Assembly (NCBI GenBank): GCA_976226885.1
Contig: OZ320314.1
Coordinates: 56,730,001-56,794,000, forward strand
DNA length: 64,000 bases
Source: Iphione sp. A-MEVVRFRX5
Lineage: Eukaryota
Reading direction: 5' to 3'
Below are positions 1 through 13,000 of the stretch, piece after piece (the first letter of the stretch is position 1; every line of letters begins with the position of its first letter). The notes below the pieces were generated by a model. That model saw nothing but the letters and a program-made list of their open reading frames with translations, was not told the DNA's origin and did not search any database. The translations under genes were made by a program, and so were the position numbers.

Positions 1-993
1 GTCCATGTTTGTCAACTTCGTCCAAATCAAATTGTTTTACAATGATGTCAACATAAGCAACAATTCGGCCTTGTTACACAAAGGAAAACCCAGCCTGTTA
101 AAATCTCAGGAAGGGGATTCTCCATTGCAATACCACTGTATCAACGGCTGAAGGTTTAGATTTGGCTATTATTTTTCAGAATACATATATCTACATTTAT
201 CGTTTTATTTTATCATGTGACATCACTTGCAATTGGCATGTTGACGTGCGTACAGTGGGATTTCACGTCTAAGGGCCCCCTTTGCATGCACACATCTCTA
301 GCAGCAAACACTCCATTCTGTGGGATTTTTGGAGGAGTCAGTGTGGATTGAATGTTTCCAGGTGTCAAGGTTGAGTGGAGCCCTGTTCAAACCTATTTGT
401 GACGTGTTTGCATTGCAATTGGTACAGGAAAGTTTAGTGAAATGCAAATGCATCAGAATGCATTATGATCGGATACATATGCAAAGGGTTGGTTAAACTC
501 AATGTCCACACACAAACACATTCATGTCAACGCGTCCGGTAGCCTGAAGAATGTTTGCACGTAAAAAGCCTCTTAATTCCATGTTGAGGACTGAGCGGTC
601 AAGGTCCAGTGTAGTTTTCCATCGTGAGCACCAGAAGAGTATCAGTGCTTGATGTGCCATCTCAGTGAATATCAGACGATATGTTAACATTCATAAAGTC
701 AGAGAGGGCAAGGCTAGCAGAGAGGGCTTTAAGCAACATTCGGAATCTTCTAAATTTTCGGTCCTTATGTTCCACATAGGCACATAACAGACACACTAAT
801 ATACATAAATACCACAGACAGAGATAGCCAATGTTATTTAAGGAATGCCTTTCTTGGTTTGCACAGATAACACCTGTACTACAACATGCAAATAAAAAAT
901 GATCTCGTACATAAATGAATACGTAACTAATCTATTCTTGAATCAATATGCAAATAAAGAGACTCACTTTGTATCAAGAGCAATATGCAAGTA

Positions 994-1489
994 CAGGAGA
1001 ACCTTACTTTGCGACCACCACTTGGGTCGGCCCAAAATGGTCGTAATTTTGAATATGGTCGCAAAGCAATAATTTGATATATGTGAGAGACCATCAAAGA
1101 CGTCACGGTTCACGCCTGCGACCACTCTCGGGAGACCCTCTTCAAGGTGTGAGGAACATCAGAGACGTCTTGGGTGACTCCTCCAGGGTGAGAGACCATC
1201 AAAGACGTCACAGTTCACACCCACGACCACTCTCAGGAGACCCTCTCCAAGGTGTAAGGAACATCAGGGACGTTGCAGTTGATGATGGTCATAAAGCAAT
1301 AGTAAAATATACAGAAAACGACCCTAGGAGGAATGGTCGCAGGCCGAATATAGTCGTAAAGCAATATGGTCGCAAAGCAATAGTAAATCATATAGAGAAT
1401 GTACTTAAAATATTTCCGTTCCGACCCAAAATGGTCGCAATGGTCGTTTTGGTCGTAAAGCAATGTGGTCGCAAAGTAAGGTTCTCCTG
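994..1489. mobile_element. Tc1/mariner-type MITE, copy 1
   Basis: TIR CAGGAGAACCTTACTTTGCGACCA at 994 and its reverse complement ending at 1489. TA on both flanks. Internal TGGTCG-rich motifs and degenerate repeats containing GAGAGACCATCAAAGACGTC. A related copy lies at 16349-17079. Confidence 0.85.
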
Positions 1490-2822
1490 TATCCCCATCA
1501 GATACAGTTTTATGTAAGGCACGTACATTGTGTACGCTATTATTAGTGTACGCTTGTCAAAAAGAAAAGTACTGCCTACCAAAGTATTTCAGAATCCAAC
1601 GCATTGTACCTCATCTTAAGTTTCTTTACAAGGAAAATTTAACTTCTTTGTGATCATGCTTAGTTTCAAACATATAAAAAAAAAAGATGAGCAGTAGCTT
1701 TCTAAAGAACCCTTTTTTCCAGCAATACCTGATACTTTTGTCGTTAACCCTCTGGCGGACACTTAACACTGGAGTGTGTGATCATTTTGCATAATGTTAA
1801 AGCCAGCTGCTCTTTATAACTGAGAACAGTCAGTTTTCCTGGCTTTTTATTATCATTAACCCTTTAAATTAATTACTATAATGAATGAGATATTACCAGA
1901 ATATTACAATTCTTATTAATTTACCATTATTAACACATTTTTCCATGTAAATTTGATGATTATTATCTACAACAAACAGTGTCTGTATCCGTGTATGTAT
2001 GTTCAAGGATACACCCCGGCACCTAATGGATGTATCCCTGAGGATACACCCCAGTGTACATGGTGTATCATCAGGAATACAGGCCAGTGCCAGTTACTTA
2101 AAACGTTATTAGTGGTACACAAGTTTTTTTCTTCATAGCAACTGTATTTTAAGATTCTTTTACATGCACCTATAAATGTTTGTATCCCTCAACCTGTGCT
2201 TTCCACACACTCCATACCTGAATGATCTTCTTATGTGAGTGCTCTGAGCTGCAACCAACCTACATGTATTATATTATCATTTAATGCTCTGTTTCATGAT
2301 GTTTTCATTTCCAAATTGGAACGCTTTTTTTATATTCCAAGCAAATTAATTACTGTTATTATGACCAGATGAAGCCTCAAGTGAGACAACTGAATATACA
2401 CCGTGTCAGGCCCAGGAGGCCACTTAACAACAGATAAGCCACTGGTGTCCAGAGCTCCAATCACTGAAATAAAGGTTTAGTGTTGGATTAAGGCCTCAGG
2501 ACATCAGAGAGAACAACTGAGGGTGTATCAAATGCAACAGCTACTGAAATAAAGGTGTGCTGGATCAAGGCACTGTAGATATTACAATACCCAAATGATC
2601 TCCATAACTGGATGAAAATAGCTGAAACCGACCCGTGTTCGGGAAGCATGGGCCAACTTAAAAAGATGAGAAACAGCTTTCTTGTTCTGATGAAAAATAG
2701 AGGCTACGCTGCCTTGAAGTTTGCTGTTTATATACATATTTTATTTTTCATGAGTTGATGAGATAATTACATTTTATTATACGCAGTTTGCTTCCATGAT
2801 AAAACAATTACAGGTTTTGCAT

Positions 2823-5800
2823 TCAAGTATTATTTTCATCGTCTGTGCTTGAGTCTGACGTTCCATAAGCCTGTCCCAGTAGTGACAGGACGCTTGGTCC
2901 ACTATTTATAGGATCACTGAGTGAGGATTCAGTACAAACACCTTCCATGCAGTTACTGGTTGAGCCAGATATTTCACTGCAAGGGCCACTTAAAGGTGCT
3001 GAAAAGCAATCAAGTGAGTTCTCACTTTGCACTGTGTCTTTCGTGTGATGTTGACTTACAGATGGCTGAGAGTCAGTCTGTTCAGCTTCCTTTTTTGGCT
3101 GAACAACAGGTCTGGACATGGAACTCGCCCCAGTTTGGTTGTTGAGGTCAAATGTTCTTGTGCCATGGTTAGGACGTAACCGCTCTGCCAGTTTCTGGAG
3201 TCGCTGCTGCCGTTCAGCAGATCGCTGAGAGGTGTTTGCTGAAGTCCACGTAGCAGCAAACAGTGGTCGGTTTTTGATGTCTTGACGTTTCTCCTTTTGT
3301 TTCTCATCGAAAGCTTCAAAAGAGATCAAAGAATAATTTTAATTTCTTTGAAAAGTAATGCAAGTATTTTATTTTACTTGTTCATTCTACATGTAAATCA
3401 ATCCCTCCTTAGAACGAATTATTCAAGCTCATCGCCCAAAATGAGAATTCTGTGCAACTGTTAACTTTTCTAAAATTAATAAGGTTGTGTAAGGTAAATA
3501 TGCTACGTATTATAGCCACCTAAGCTATATATTTTTCACACTATCGACGTCATATTAGTCTTGCATTATACAGGTAATGAATAGTATTTGAAGATATACT
3601 TACACGCAACTGTTCTGTATTTAAAAAGTTTTGCTACTTTCACGTCTTGTGAATCTTCTGCTACAAGTTCTATGTCCAAGGATGATTTTTTAAGTAAGGC
3701 ATTGTCTTCGTCTGCTGATGCCTGCATCATTTTCTTCTCATTCTGTAATGAAAAGTAAGAAGTCTAGCTGAGCAATGCTGCCATTTAAAGCCTGCTTAAA
3801 ACATTGTCTTAACAATACCAGGGTCCCCACTCAAATTTCATTTTCAAATTCCCTGTGTTTTCCCTGTGTTGGTTTCTGTACAACTTTATGAGACAGGGCT
3901 TTGAATTATGTATGGATAATTTTCTAACAATGTTCTAACGATTCTAATGATGTTGACCTTGTCTTAATGGAAAGCAGATCTATGATTTTTTTTTACTGAT
4001 TTTCAGAATTTTTTTCCCTGTGTTTTCCCTGTGTATGGCCCAAATTTTCAAATTCCCTGTTTTCCCTTACAGGGATTTTTTTTTTGTCCTTTTCCCTGTT
4101 TTCCCTGTGCAGTGGGGACCCTGCAATATGATCCTTTTTTCAACAACGTAGGCATTGGCTGACATCAGTACAAAGTATTTCATTAGCAACTACATACAAA
4201 AGTTTGTAAAAGAATCTTACCCTAAATTTGTCCCGGGCATATTTGTTTAGGAGATAGTCGTCTTTCATACCCTGTTGTCGTTCAGTCAACTTTGCAACTC
4301 CTGGTTTGGCAGTCATCATCTTGACTTTGTCTTCTACACTGTGTTCCAGGCGGAACATGGCGTCCAGTGCCATTTTCTTCTGGACAGATTTATCTGCAAA
4401 TGATGGAAAATTCAGATTGCCACCTTTATACTGTTGTTCTTTGCCTCGGACTGGGAGACGATGGGCAATACACAAAATAAATCGGCATTCTTTCGGGAAA
4501 AGGACAGATCGTTTTCAATATGGCAACATGCATTTGACTTTCCAGTACCAATATTTGCCATGAAAGAGGAATTTACAGTATTGAAGCCACAGTTGTGAAT
4601 TTGTATTGAGGAAAACTGGCTGGGATCTTGCTGAGTCGTGAGTCATCCCGCAGATTGTTGATTTTTTCATGTTTCTAATGACGTTCATATGAAAGCGCAA
4701 ACCTTCTGTGACTATCTGCTCATTCTCCTTCGGATCCCATCGTTGTTCTTTCCGCCGTGCTCCAGTAATGATGACGTAATCATGGGCCTAGGAACATAAA
4801 TAATGTGAACGTTTGCTGGGTTAGTATCATGTAATGCATATAATAATCAAATTTAACATAACAAACAAGCTCTGCTACATACTTTATGCTATTCAGAATC
4901 ATTATATTTATGGTATCGGAAAATAGACTTGTCCATGTACATACAAAAAAACGATTTTATCCGCCTAGTCGCTCAGTTCCCTTCAAGGAAAAGTCCTGTT
5001 CCCAAGAAATTTCTATTCTCTTTTCATAACCTTTAGAAAAACGTATACCTACAGCTGGATCTGTTTTAATTTCGATGTAGTTTGGACAAAGATGACATTT
5101 CATCCTGAACTTGTAAATTGGCGTTGTATAGTAGTTCCCTATCTTGGACTTCTCGGCATTGTACCGTACACCCATTCCAATGTGGTTGCCACATCCATCA
5201 CACCATATATTGTAGGGCATCTCAAATCTGTTATAAGAAAAGCAAATAAAGCTGATAGCAAATCCAGATGGGGACATGGTTCTCTCTCTTTGTCTCTGCA
5301 AACACACATATACATGCTGATGCCATCTGACCCTTTGTCTTATCGCTACACTAGCTGGTGGTCATTACTCTAGAAGCTTGTAGGTGGCCCAGAATTAAAT
5401 GAGCATCAGGGGTCTCGGTTAGTGCACTGTCTACCACTATGTGGTTAGTAAGAGAAGGCGAGTAATCTGTATCAGGACCACAACAATTTGGATCAGTGCA
5501 TCCCTGTGATACCAATAAAAACAAACGAGCATTACTTTCTGGATGAGCCCAACCTTCTTACACCATAGCAGCCAATAGTAGCTATCTGAGGAGCCAATCA
5601 CAATGGTCAGTTACAGTTTACACAAAATCACTCTACTGCTAAACTTTGAGTTTAATTTACATATATATACTGTATATATGAGAGGAAGGTTGATGACTAC
5701 TTCACATTTGGTTCATAACCTGCCTGTAAAAAATTAGTGAAAAGTTTCAAAAAAACAATAGGTGAAATCTCTTATTCATAATGGTGTAATAAATGTTAAA

Positions 5801-7331
5801 TTCAAAATGGCTTATGAGGACAAGTCCTTACCGGATAACCAAGATGCCTTGATCAAGCTTCTTTGCTCGCTCCCGTAAGGGGTGGGTGCCATGATAGGCA
5901 TCCAAAGATCTGTGTTTTCTGTAGTCAAAATCAGGCGGGTAATACTTGTTCTGACCTTTTCTCTCACCCTGAAAAATAAAATATACTTTGATAAGGATTC
6001 AGTATCATGCGTCATCAGCTTGTGTCCATTCAATATTTAGGAAGGGTTGTCACATCGGAGAGTGGTCTCCCGTTCCAGCGCGGCCACACTGAAGGAGGCA
6101 ATTGAGAGTGTTTAACTAGCAGTGGGTTTGGAATGAAGTCTATGTACAGAGAAAGTGAAAAAATGGAGAGGGAGGTATGACGTGGAGGTAAGAGGTTCTC
6201 AGAAGCATGATACATCTTGGGCCAGAATGGAGGAGAAACATATTAGCCGATGTGCCCTGATTTCAGTAATGGCTGATATGATCCATAGTAAATATGTCAT
6301 TCGAGCCAGTTGGTATGAACCCTAACATTAACACCCCCTCGGGTCATTACCGCCATCATCCCCTGCATCCACTTCCTTCTCTGTGCTGAAATTAATGTGT
6401 AAAAAATGGCCACACGTAAAGTCATCTGTCATTCTGACGAATTACAGGTGTTGTATCCTGGGGTCACTGCACCCTGTAGACAATACATCCTGTGGTGGAG
6501 TCATTGTATCCTGTTTAGAAGTCAATGCATCCTACTACTAAAATGTTGCCTCCTCTATGCTGAATGTATTATTTCTTTTATAGCAAAAACCATTTAAATT
6601 TCACCTCATGCACCGACTACCCAATGAAGGTGAGCATCTGCCTGGTCCTACCTGCCACGGCCCTGATCACCTGTGGCTATGCAACTTAGAGGTCTTCCCT
6701 GCCTTGGCCCCCACCACATGTGGCTGAACATGGCCATGCAACTTAGAGGTCCTCCATGGCTTAGCCCCCATCGCATGTGTCTGAGTGACTTACTACCATT
6801 CCATTGATATTCCCAGCCCTCCCTCCCTGCCCAGGCTGCCAGTACAGTCAATGTTATTTCTTGAATCATTAGCTTTCAAATGATGCTTACTGCATCAAAA
6901 TCAGTGTATTATTAGTAAGGTTAGGCTGGAAGTCCTTTCCAGGGTGACAGTTTGCTTTCAGTGTATTACAAAGCAGATGATACTTTGATAGATCGACTCT
7001 GATAGGACTTTTTAGTACCATACTTTTTTATTGTTTGAGTCATTTTTAAGAAATGTTATTTCAAAACATGTTTAATTAAGTTCGGAATCAGTGAAGAAAG
7101 CATCGTTTTCAAAACAGGATGCAATGACAAGGGCGCAACAACCGCAGGATGAAACGTCTATTCGCCATTTCCGACAACATAGCCCCATTAGAAATTTTCC
7201 CCTATAACTAAGTTGGATGGGGAAGACATTTCAATTAGTGACAGTGGGACACTCCAACGTTGTACCTTTTTGGGAGTTGTTCTATTACCCAGGAGTTCTT
7301 ATTATCGCTCAATCTGACGAACACCTACCAT
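2823..7331 (-). CDS. YJU2B: YJU2B/CCDC130 splicing factor, 400 aa, 7 coding exons
   Basis: Exons in - strand order: 7331-7329 (ATG alone, followed by gtaggt), 5968-5832, 5227-5053, 4787-4703, 4393-4221, 3742-3604, 3313-2823. All junctions are GT-AG and phase-consistent (1203 nt). Translation MGERKGQNKYYPPDF...RFEMPYNIWCDGCGNHIGMGVRYNAEK...FRMKCHLC is the recognisable CWC16/YJU2-family N-terminus with two CxxC pairs. Confidence 0.95.
3819..4123. mobile_element. hAT-like non-autonomous DNA element in a YJU2B intron
   Basis: 13 bp TIR CAGGGTCCCCACT...AGTGGGGACCCTG and repeated TTCCCTGT subterminal motifs. Flanks match only imperfectly (CAATAC vs CAATAT), so the superfamily call is tentative. 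Confidence 0.65.
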
Positions 7332-7646
7332 TGTGGACGCTTTACTCCAGTCAGAGAAGAATCTGATGAGACTTGGATTTGGAAACTGATGTGATCTATC
7401 GTGAAAGCTGTGAGGTAGAAGTGGTTGACGTATGGAGCTCGTATTAAAGCTGGTCTAAACAAAACAAAAAAAAACTAAACCAGACAGTTGCCAAGAGTTG
7501 GGCGCGGTGACCATTGTAATGTCGTAAACGAATTTCGCTCTGGTTACACGAATATAGATAGTATATGCAAGCATTATTCAATAGATATGTTTGACAATGA
7601 AATATTATTTCTCTTACGTCCTGTTTTCGAAATACCGGAAACATCG

Positions 7647-7660
7647 GTTGCCATGACATC
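7647..7660. promoter_or_regulatory. Candidate RFX X-box in the divergent YJU2B/DNAI3 promoter
   Basis: GTTGCCATGACATC has a perfect GTTGCC half-site and is close to the X-box palindrome GTTGCCATGGCAAC. It lies upstream of a motile-cilia gene. Binding is inferred. Confidence 0.55.
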
Positions 7661-8049
7661 CATCGCCAATATGGACGCCAACTGCTAGGTGCTCGACGCT
7701 TACTTGCTTGTCTAGCAGAAGAAATAACTGGGATACATGACACTGGTCACACTAGGTGGGATCAAATAGATACTTTGGAAAGGTAAAGTCTGAAAGTCTG
7801 CACACATAATAATATTGACGTGTTTTTTTTATTTGTTTTGCCCCAGCAATTTCTTTCAATCTTCATTCCCGCCTCGCCGAGCGAGCTAGGCCAATGCCAG
7901 ATACGTAAGTCTTCATGTATATTATATGTATACTGATTACATTCTTATCCAGTATAAGATAATTCGTCATTTTGGTGTTTTGCACAAGACAATTCATAGC
8001 CCTCTTTATATTTCGTCAGCGAAATTCATCCTGCGGGTTCTGTGGAACA

Positions 8050-8050
8050 A

Positions 8051-8087
<37 letters not shown>

Positions 8088-8105
8088 TAATATATTAATA
8101 TTATT
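8050..8105. repeat. (TA)n microsatellite
   Basis: Run of alternating TA, seen directly. Confidence 0.9.
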
Positions 8106-8192
8106 ATGTATTTGGGATCTGATTTCATTTCAGACATAGGACTAATGAAATTTGGCCCTTGATTCTCACATTGGAACGTGGATAATCAGCGC

Positions 8193-8792
8193 TTTATTGT
8201 CCCCCGCCTCATGGAGGGGGGGACATTAGGAATGCTGCTGGCTGGTGTCCCGACCATCCGTCACACTCTTGTGGGTCTTATAAGTCTTAAACCCTTCACT
8301 CAAAAAAACTGATTTTGATATATGATATTGGTATATATGGCCCCATGACACTGGATAATTTTGGTAGTAATTCAAATATTTTGAAGGTGAAATTATGCCA
8401 ATTTTACTCTTTTCCTAACACACCTACAAACATACATACCTGGTTCAGGGGTTCCTAGCTCTGACAATGCACATACATACACACTCAGTGCTCAGTCATG
8501 CAGAACCGAGGGTTTGTAGCAGTCTGGTGCTCAGTCAGGCAGAACCGAGGGGGCTGTGCCCGGTCAGGCAGAACCGAGGGTTGTAAACCTGAAGGACTTA
8601 AACAAATCTAGCCAACTACCCTCAAAACAAACTGCCAATCAAGGTGGTTGTAAGGAGAGAGAGACACTACACACACACACACACACTCACTCATTTTGTC
8701 TCTCTTTCTCTCCCCTTCTCCCCCCCCCCCCCCATCTTTATGGGCAGTTGATGGCGGGGGACAATAGACCTCATAGGTCCACACTCTTGTTT
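8193..8792 (+). mobile_element. Helentron-associated non-autonomous element (HINE/DINE-1-like), copy 1
   Basis: Subterminal inverted repeats TATTGTCCCCCGCC / GGCGGGGGACAATA, an extra inverted copy near the 5' end, and a 3' stem-loop GACCT-cat-AGGTC. Also internal GCAGAACCGAG repeats, a (CA)n tract and T-rich flanks. A very similar copy lies at 27358-27963. Confidence 0.75.
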
Positions 8793-8979
8793 AATTAATA
8801 TTAATTTATAGTCTTTCGATAAAGGTAGATGGCAGATGGCCCCAGAGGTGATGAAAGAGCTCTTTGTTGCATCGGAATGCCAAAAGTTAAAAGCTTTACA
8901 AATAGTTTCACATGCTCAGGCAGGTGTATGGATGTGTCGTCAAATAGACAGTTTGCACTGTATACTTTGCACAATTTTT

Positions 8980-9290
8980 TTATCTTTCATCAATGAGTGG
9001 TGGGGCGACGGCAGTAAACAGTGGTAATGGGGCCATGAGATAGCAGCGGTGGGGGAATTTGATATATGCATCTAAACTTAGCTCTAGCGTAACCCTAAGC
9101 TTCTGGAGCTCTACCTCAAGAGAAGTAAACTGGGCTGGGATCACATCAGGTGGGAGGAAAGACAGGGCTATCAATTGTCGCATGTATTTATACATATTAC
9201 TTCTTTTGATCTATACTTGCCTCAACCAAGGTGCTTTCTGCTCCAATTGACAAAACATTAAAAAATTGCATATTTCCTACTGCTACTGCT
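8980..9290 (-). pseudogene. Possible degraded MULE/Mutator transposase fragment
   Basis: The ORF contains YKYMRQLIALSFLPPDVIPAQF, which resembles the ALxFLP...I..AF segment of MULE transposases. Upstream frames give a broken CQ..W.RK..LG-like stretch. Recognised by eye only. Confidence 0.4.
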
Positions 9291-9529
9291 TCTAATGTCA
9301 CCATCACATACCACCACCCATTGACGAATCATTTAAAAAAAAGTGCAACATCCAGAGCAAAATAAGGTCTATGAATCTCTCAGTCAATATCGTATTCCTG
9401 AAGCAAACCTAAGCCTATGCATGGTCCAATATAATGATACTAAAATAATACGTCATTTTTTTTATTACATTTAACAAAAGCAATACAGATCAACATACTA
9501 CTGCTAGTGCTGGGCTTAAGGAGAGATCG

Positions 9530-9685
9530 GGAGGGGGGGATATGAAAGAAAAAGCACCGAAGTTAATATCTGCAGACAGAGTAAGGGAGACTACATGTCA
9601 CATGATAAGGAAGGGGGACATATGAAAGAAAAAAGTAGCAACGTTAACATCTGAAGACCGAGTAAGAGAGACTACATGTCACAAG
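9530..9685. repeat. Degenerate tandem duplication, ~80 bp x2
   Basis: Two copies of GGGGGA..TATGAAAGAAAAA...GAGTAAG.GAGACTACATGTCACA. Confidence 0.75.
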
Positions 9686-10009
9686 ATTTCTTATGTCAGT
9701 TGCCATTTGTGTCCCACTAAACCCACCAATAACATGCAGGAAGAAGAAAGATCTTCAACAGACAAAGGCAGAAACCTTTGTCCCTTTTTGAGCTCTTGTA
9801 ATTGACCGATCGCCAAGAGGTTGATGAAACAGATACTGCAGATGGATCTTTTACTAGTTGTGACGTCATAATAGAGAAGCACAAAAAATTCACAAATACA
9901 ATTGGTGGCAACTCCCTGCATTCAAAACAGCCATATCTCAGTGATGCCTTGATGGATTCTCTGTTCATGTTAAATTATTTTAATAGGTTAACTCCAGTCA
10001 GTTACAAAG

Positions 10010-13000
10010 ATGGCAGACACTGACGCCCAAAGCGAAAAGGAAAAGTCTTTAGTAGAGGAAAAAGAAGAGGTATTTGCATGTCTCCTTACTTTACTTTTGT
10101 GGATGAATATAAGATATATTTTTACTAAAGAAGTCTCACATACTATATGGCAAAACTGTTTTAAGTGTTCATTAATACAGAACATGCTCATATCCAGTAC
10201 ACACGAAATAAACTGTATGTCTGTCTAAGCAGTTCGGAATGTGTGACCCTTTTCAAGAAGTTCTACATATTTAGAGTATCTAATATATTATCAAGAGATA
10301 CATCTTTACCAAAAGTCCATGTGTTTGTTGTGTAAAGGACACCTCACAAACTCCCAATGCTGAGCCTGCAAAGTCTGAGACTCCCAAACCTGAAGCACCA
10401 AGTGGATCCAGGGCTAGCTCGAAACCCGGCAGTGCCAAATCAGTGAAAAAGCCGAGCAGTGCCAAATCCACGACCAGCGTACGATCAGGAAGTGCGGGAA
10501 GAAAAACTCCCAAGTCTAGGGCATCAAGTGGGAAGAAGACTCCTGAAAAGAAGAAGAAATGTGAGTTTGGAATTTTCAGGCGATTTAAATAATCCATGGT
10601 GGTCTTCAAATGATTGCCAGGAATACTCATTTTTATATATCCTCTAAGTACATTGATTCTAATTCCAAGTTTACTGTACATTTTGACAATCATTATAAGT
10701 ACACTGACGTACTGTGGCTTCATGTGAGTAAATCTCAGTTCAACTTGAAACTGTTGACACCCACAGCTAAGAAGGATGACAAGCCACCACCACCACCACC
10801 TGAGGAGCTCCCTGAGGGCTGCAAGCCACTCTTCATGGCCTCTCAGTCACAGCAGATCTTTGAGTGTGTCGCCGACGAGCACGTCACTGATGACAACCCC
10901 TACAAGCTGATCAAAAAGGAGACCATCATGGAGGATTTCTTTAATCGGGCCGCTGTCTCTGACTTCCACCCTTTCAAGCAGATAGTGACTGAATACCCTG
11001 GTGAAGAGATTCTCATCATGTATGATCCAGACTTCAAGTTTGGACAGAATTTCATCATCGCCACCACAGAGGAAGCCAAGAATGCAATTCTCCACGTAGG
11101 TTTCAGCTTATGTCTCTATAGGTCCTACCATAGTATATGATTGCAGTTAAAAGTGATATAATAATACAAAGTTATTACTTCCAATATTTGACCTAGTGGA
11201 CGTTTTTCACAATGCAGAAGTCTAATATACTGTTTAATATAGTGCTATAGCTAGGAGAATGATGAAATATGAAATGATATGAAATACATATATGTAGTAA
11301 TAAAATAGAAATATTGAAAGAGTGTATTTAGGGGGCACATTTTTATGCTTTATTGTGTAATGTCAAATGTGATCAGATATGGAAATTCATGGCATTGTTA
11401 AATTCATTTTTATCAGGCATATTCCTATAAATAGGATCTAGTTGTTCCAATCATGTGTGAGCAATTGAGTTCCTACTCCTAAGGGTTCCAGCTGCAATTC
11501 TAGTCTTCATTTTACCCTATAATTAAATTGTATTAGTATTAACTGCTCTAAACATTATAATTTGATATGAAAATTATTCAGAACATTATATTTGATATGA
11601 AAATGATTCAGACATTATTCTTGCTTCAAACATAAGTATCAGGGGTGGACACAAGGTCTCTACCTGAGAATAGTACAGGTGGTGCCACTGCAGTCGGACC
11701 CCCACACACCTCACTTTCAGTAGAGCTAGTCACTGTGGTCAGACCTGTTCATACACTTGTGTCTGTTTTGGTTATATATTTCTTGCTTTTCTCTTAGGTT
11801 AGGATCATTGTGGTCATAGGTAGCATTTCTAGGATTACAATTAGCATGTTGGGATCGCTGTTAGCATAAGTATTGCTCATTTTTGCATTTCTTTTGTGGT
11901 GTGGACTTGGCTTGTTTGATAAAGGGGGAGAGCTATGACAATGCCAGCTCTAACCTTCGAGTCAAGCAAAAAAGAGAAAAGTCTTCTTGCACAACGACTT
12001 CTAGGTCTAAAAAATCAAAATGTACCCCCCCCCCCGTGTCAGTTTCTGGAGTTGATGAGCCGAAAGGCAGGTCTTGGGACAGTACAGGTGTGAGAAAGCA
12101 AGAGGACTCATCTGCTGGTCGTCGTGTTCAACTGGTGAGTTCAGGCAGGTCATCCTCAGATGCTTCTGTGGTACCTGCCTCGGAGGTCTTGACCTCATCC
12201 AGTGGATCATCTCAATTGTCTACAGAGCCTAGTGCTTCCTCTGGCACTGTCAGTGTAATTACCCCAGTGGCCTCATTGGCTGTTCTGTTGGACACTTTGA
12301 GGTCAACAGATGGGGGTCGACCTTGTTCCTTCAGAATGTTCAGCTCTAGCAGTAACCTCAGCTTGACGCAGTTTTGGTGAAGTTGATAAGGTCAATCGAC
12401 CAGCAGCTTATTTTGGCACTGCAGGAGGTCGATCATCTTTAGTAGGTGATTCAACTTTTCTTACACTGATGGCTTATGTCAGTCAGACTGCAGGGCATTG
12501 ATTGTCTTTTGTGGATGATTCAACTTTTCATGCTTCAGCTTTGGTTGGCCAATCATCCTTGGATGATTCGGGTAACATTTTTAACTTGACCCAAGAGGTC
12601 AAATTGTTTACTGGTGTATACCCCAAGCTAAGTTGTAGGCTGTTGCGTTGTAGGCTGTTGCATTCTATCTCAGACAGCATCTCTAATGGTGATGCACAGT
12701 TGTCCTTGTCTGTGGGGTCGCTTTGTAAGACCACCATCAAGCCTGGTGTATTAAACTTTTACAGAATTAGAGCAGGATGCCCCAGTTCATACATGTGTTG
12801 TCCCATTTTCTTGCCCTGCAGTGGTGCCTGAGGCACCCAATAATGATTTCCAGGGGGCTTTTGCAACATTACGTTTCTGTGCTAAGTCGCAGGAACAGTC
12901 CACACAGCAGGTGGCACAGGTGCAAGCTGGGAGTTCCCAGAGGGAACTGTTGAGATTGCAGCAGCACATGCAGCAGCAGCGTATGCAGTCCTTTTCAGCT

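Noticed and set aside
499-690. 63 aa ORF near the window start
   Set aside because: No recognisable homology or convincing splice sites.
1074-1517. 147 aa ORF with internal repeats, and similar ORFs at 16580-17053
   Set aside because: These are translations of MITE internal repeats, with no transposase motifs.
8556-8798. Duplicated ORF MPGQAEPRVVNLKDLNK (also at 27722)
   Set aside because: It lies within the HINE and runs through a (CA)n microsatellite whose length differs between copies, which changes the frame.
10280-10723. 147 aa minus-strand ORF
   Set aside because: Antisense shadow of DNAI3 exon 2.
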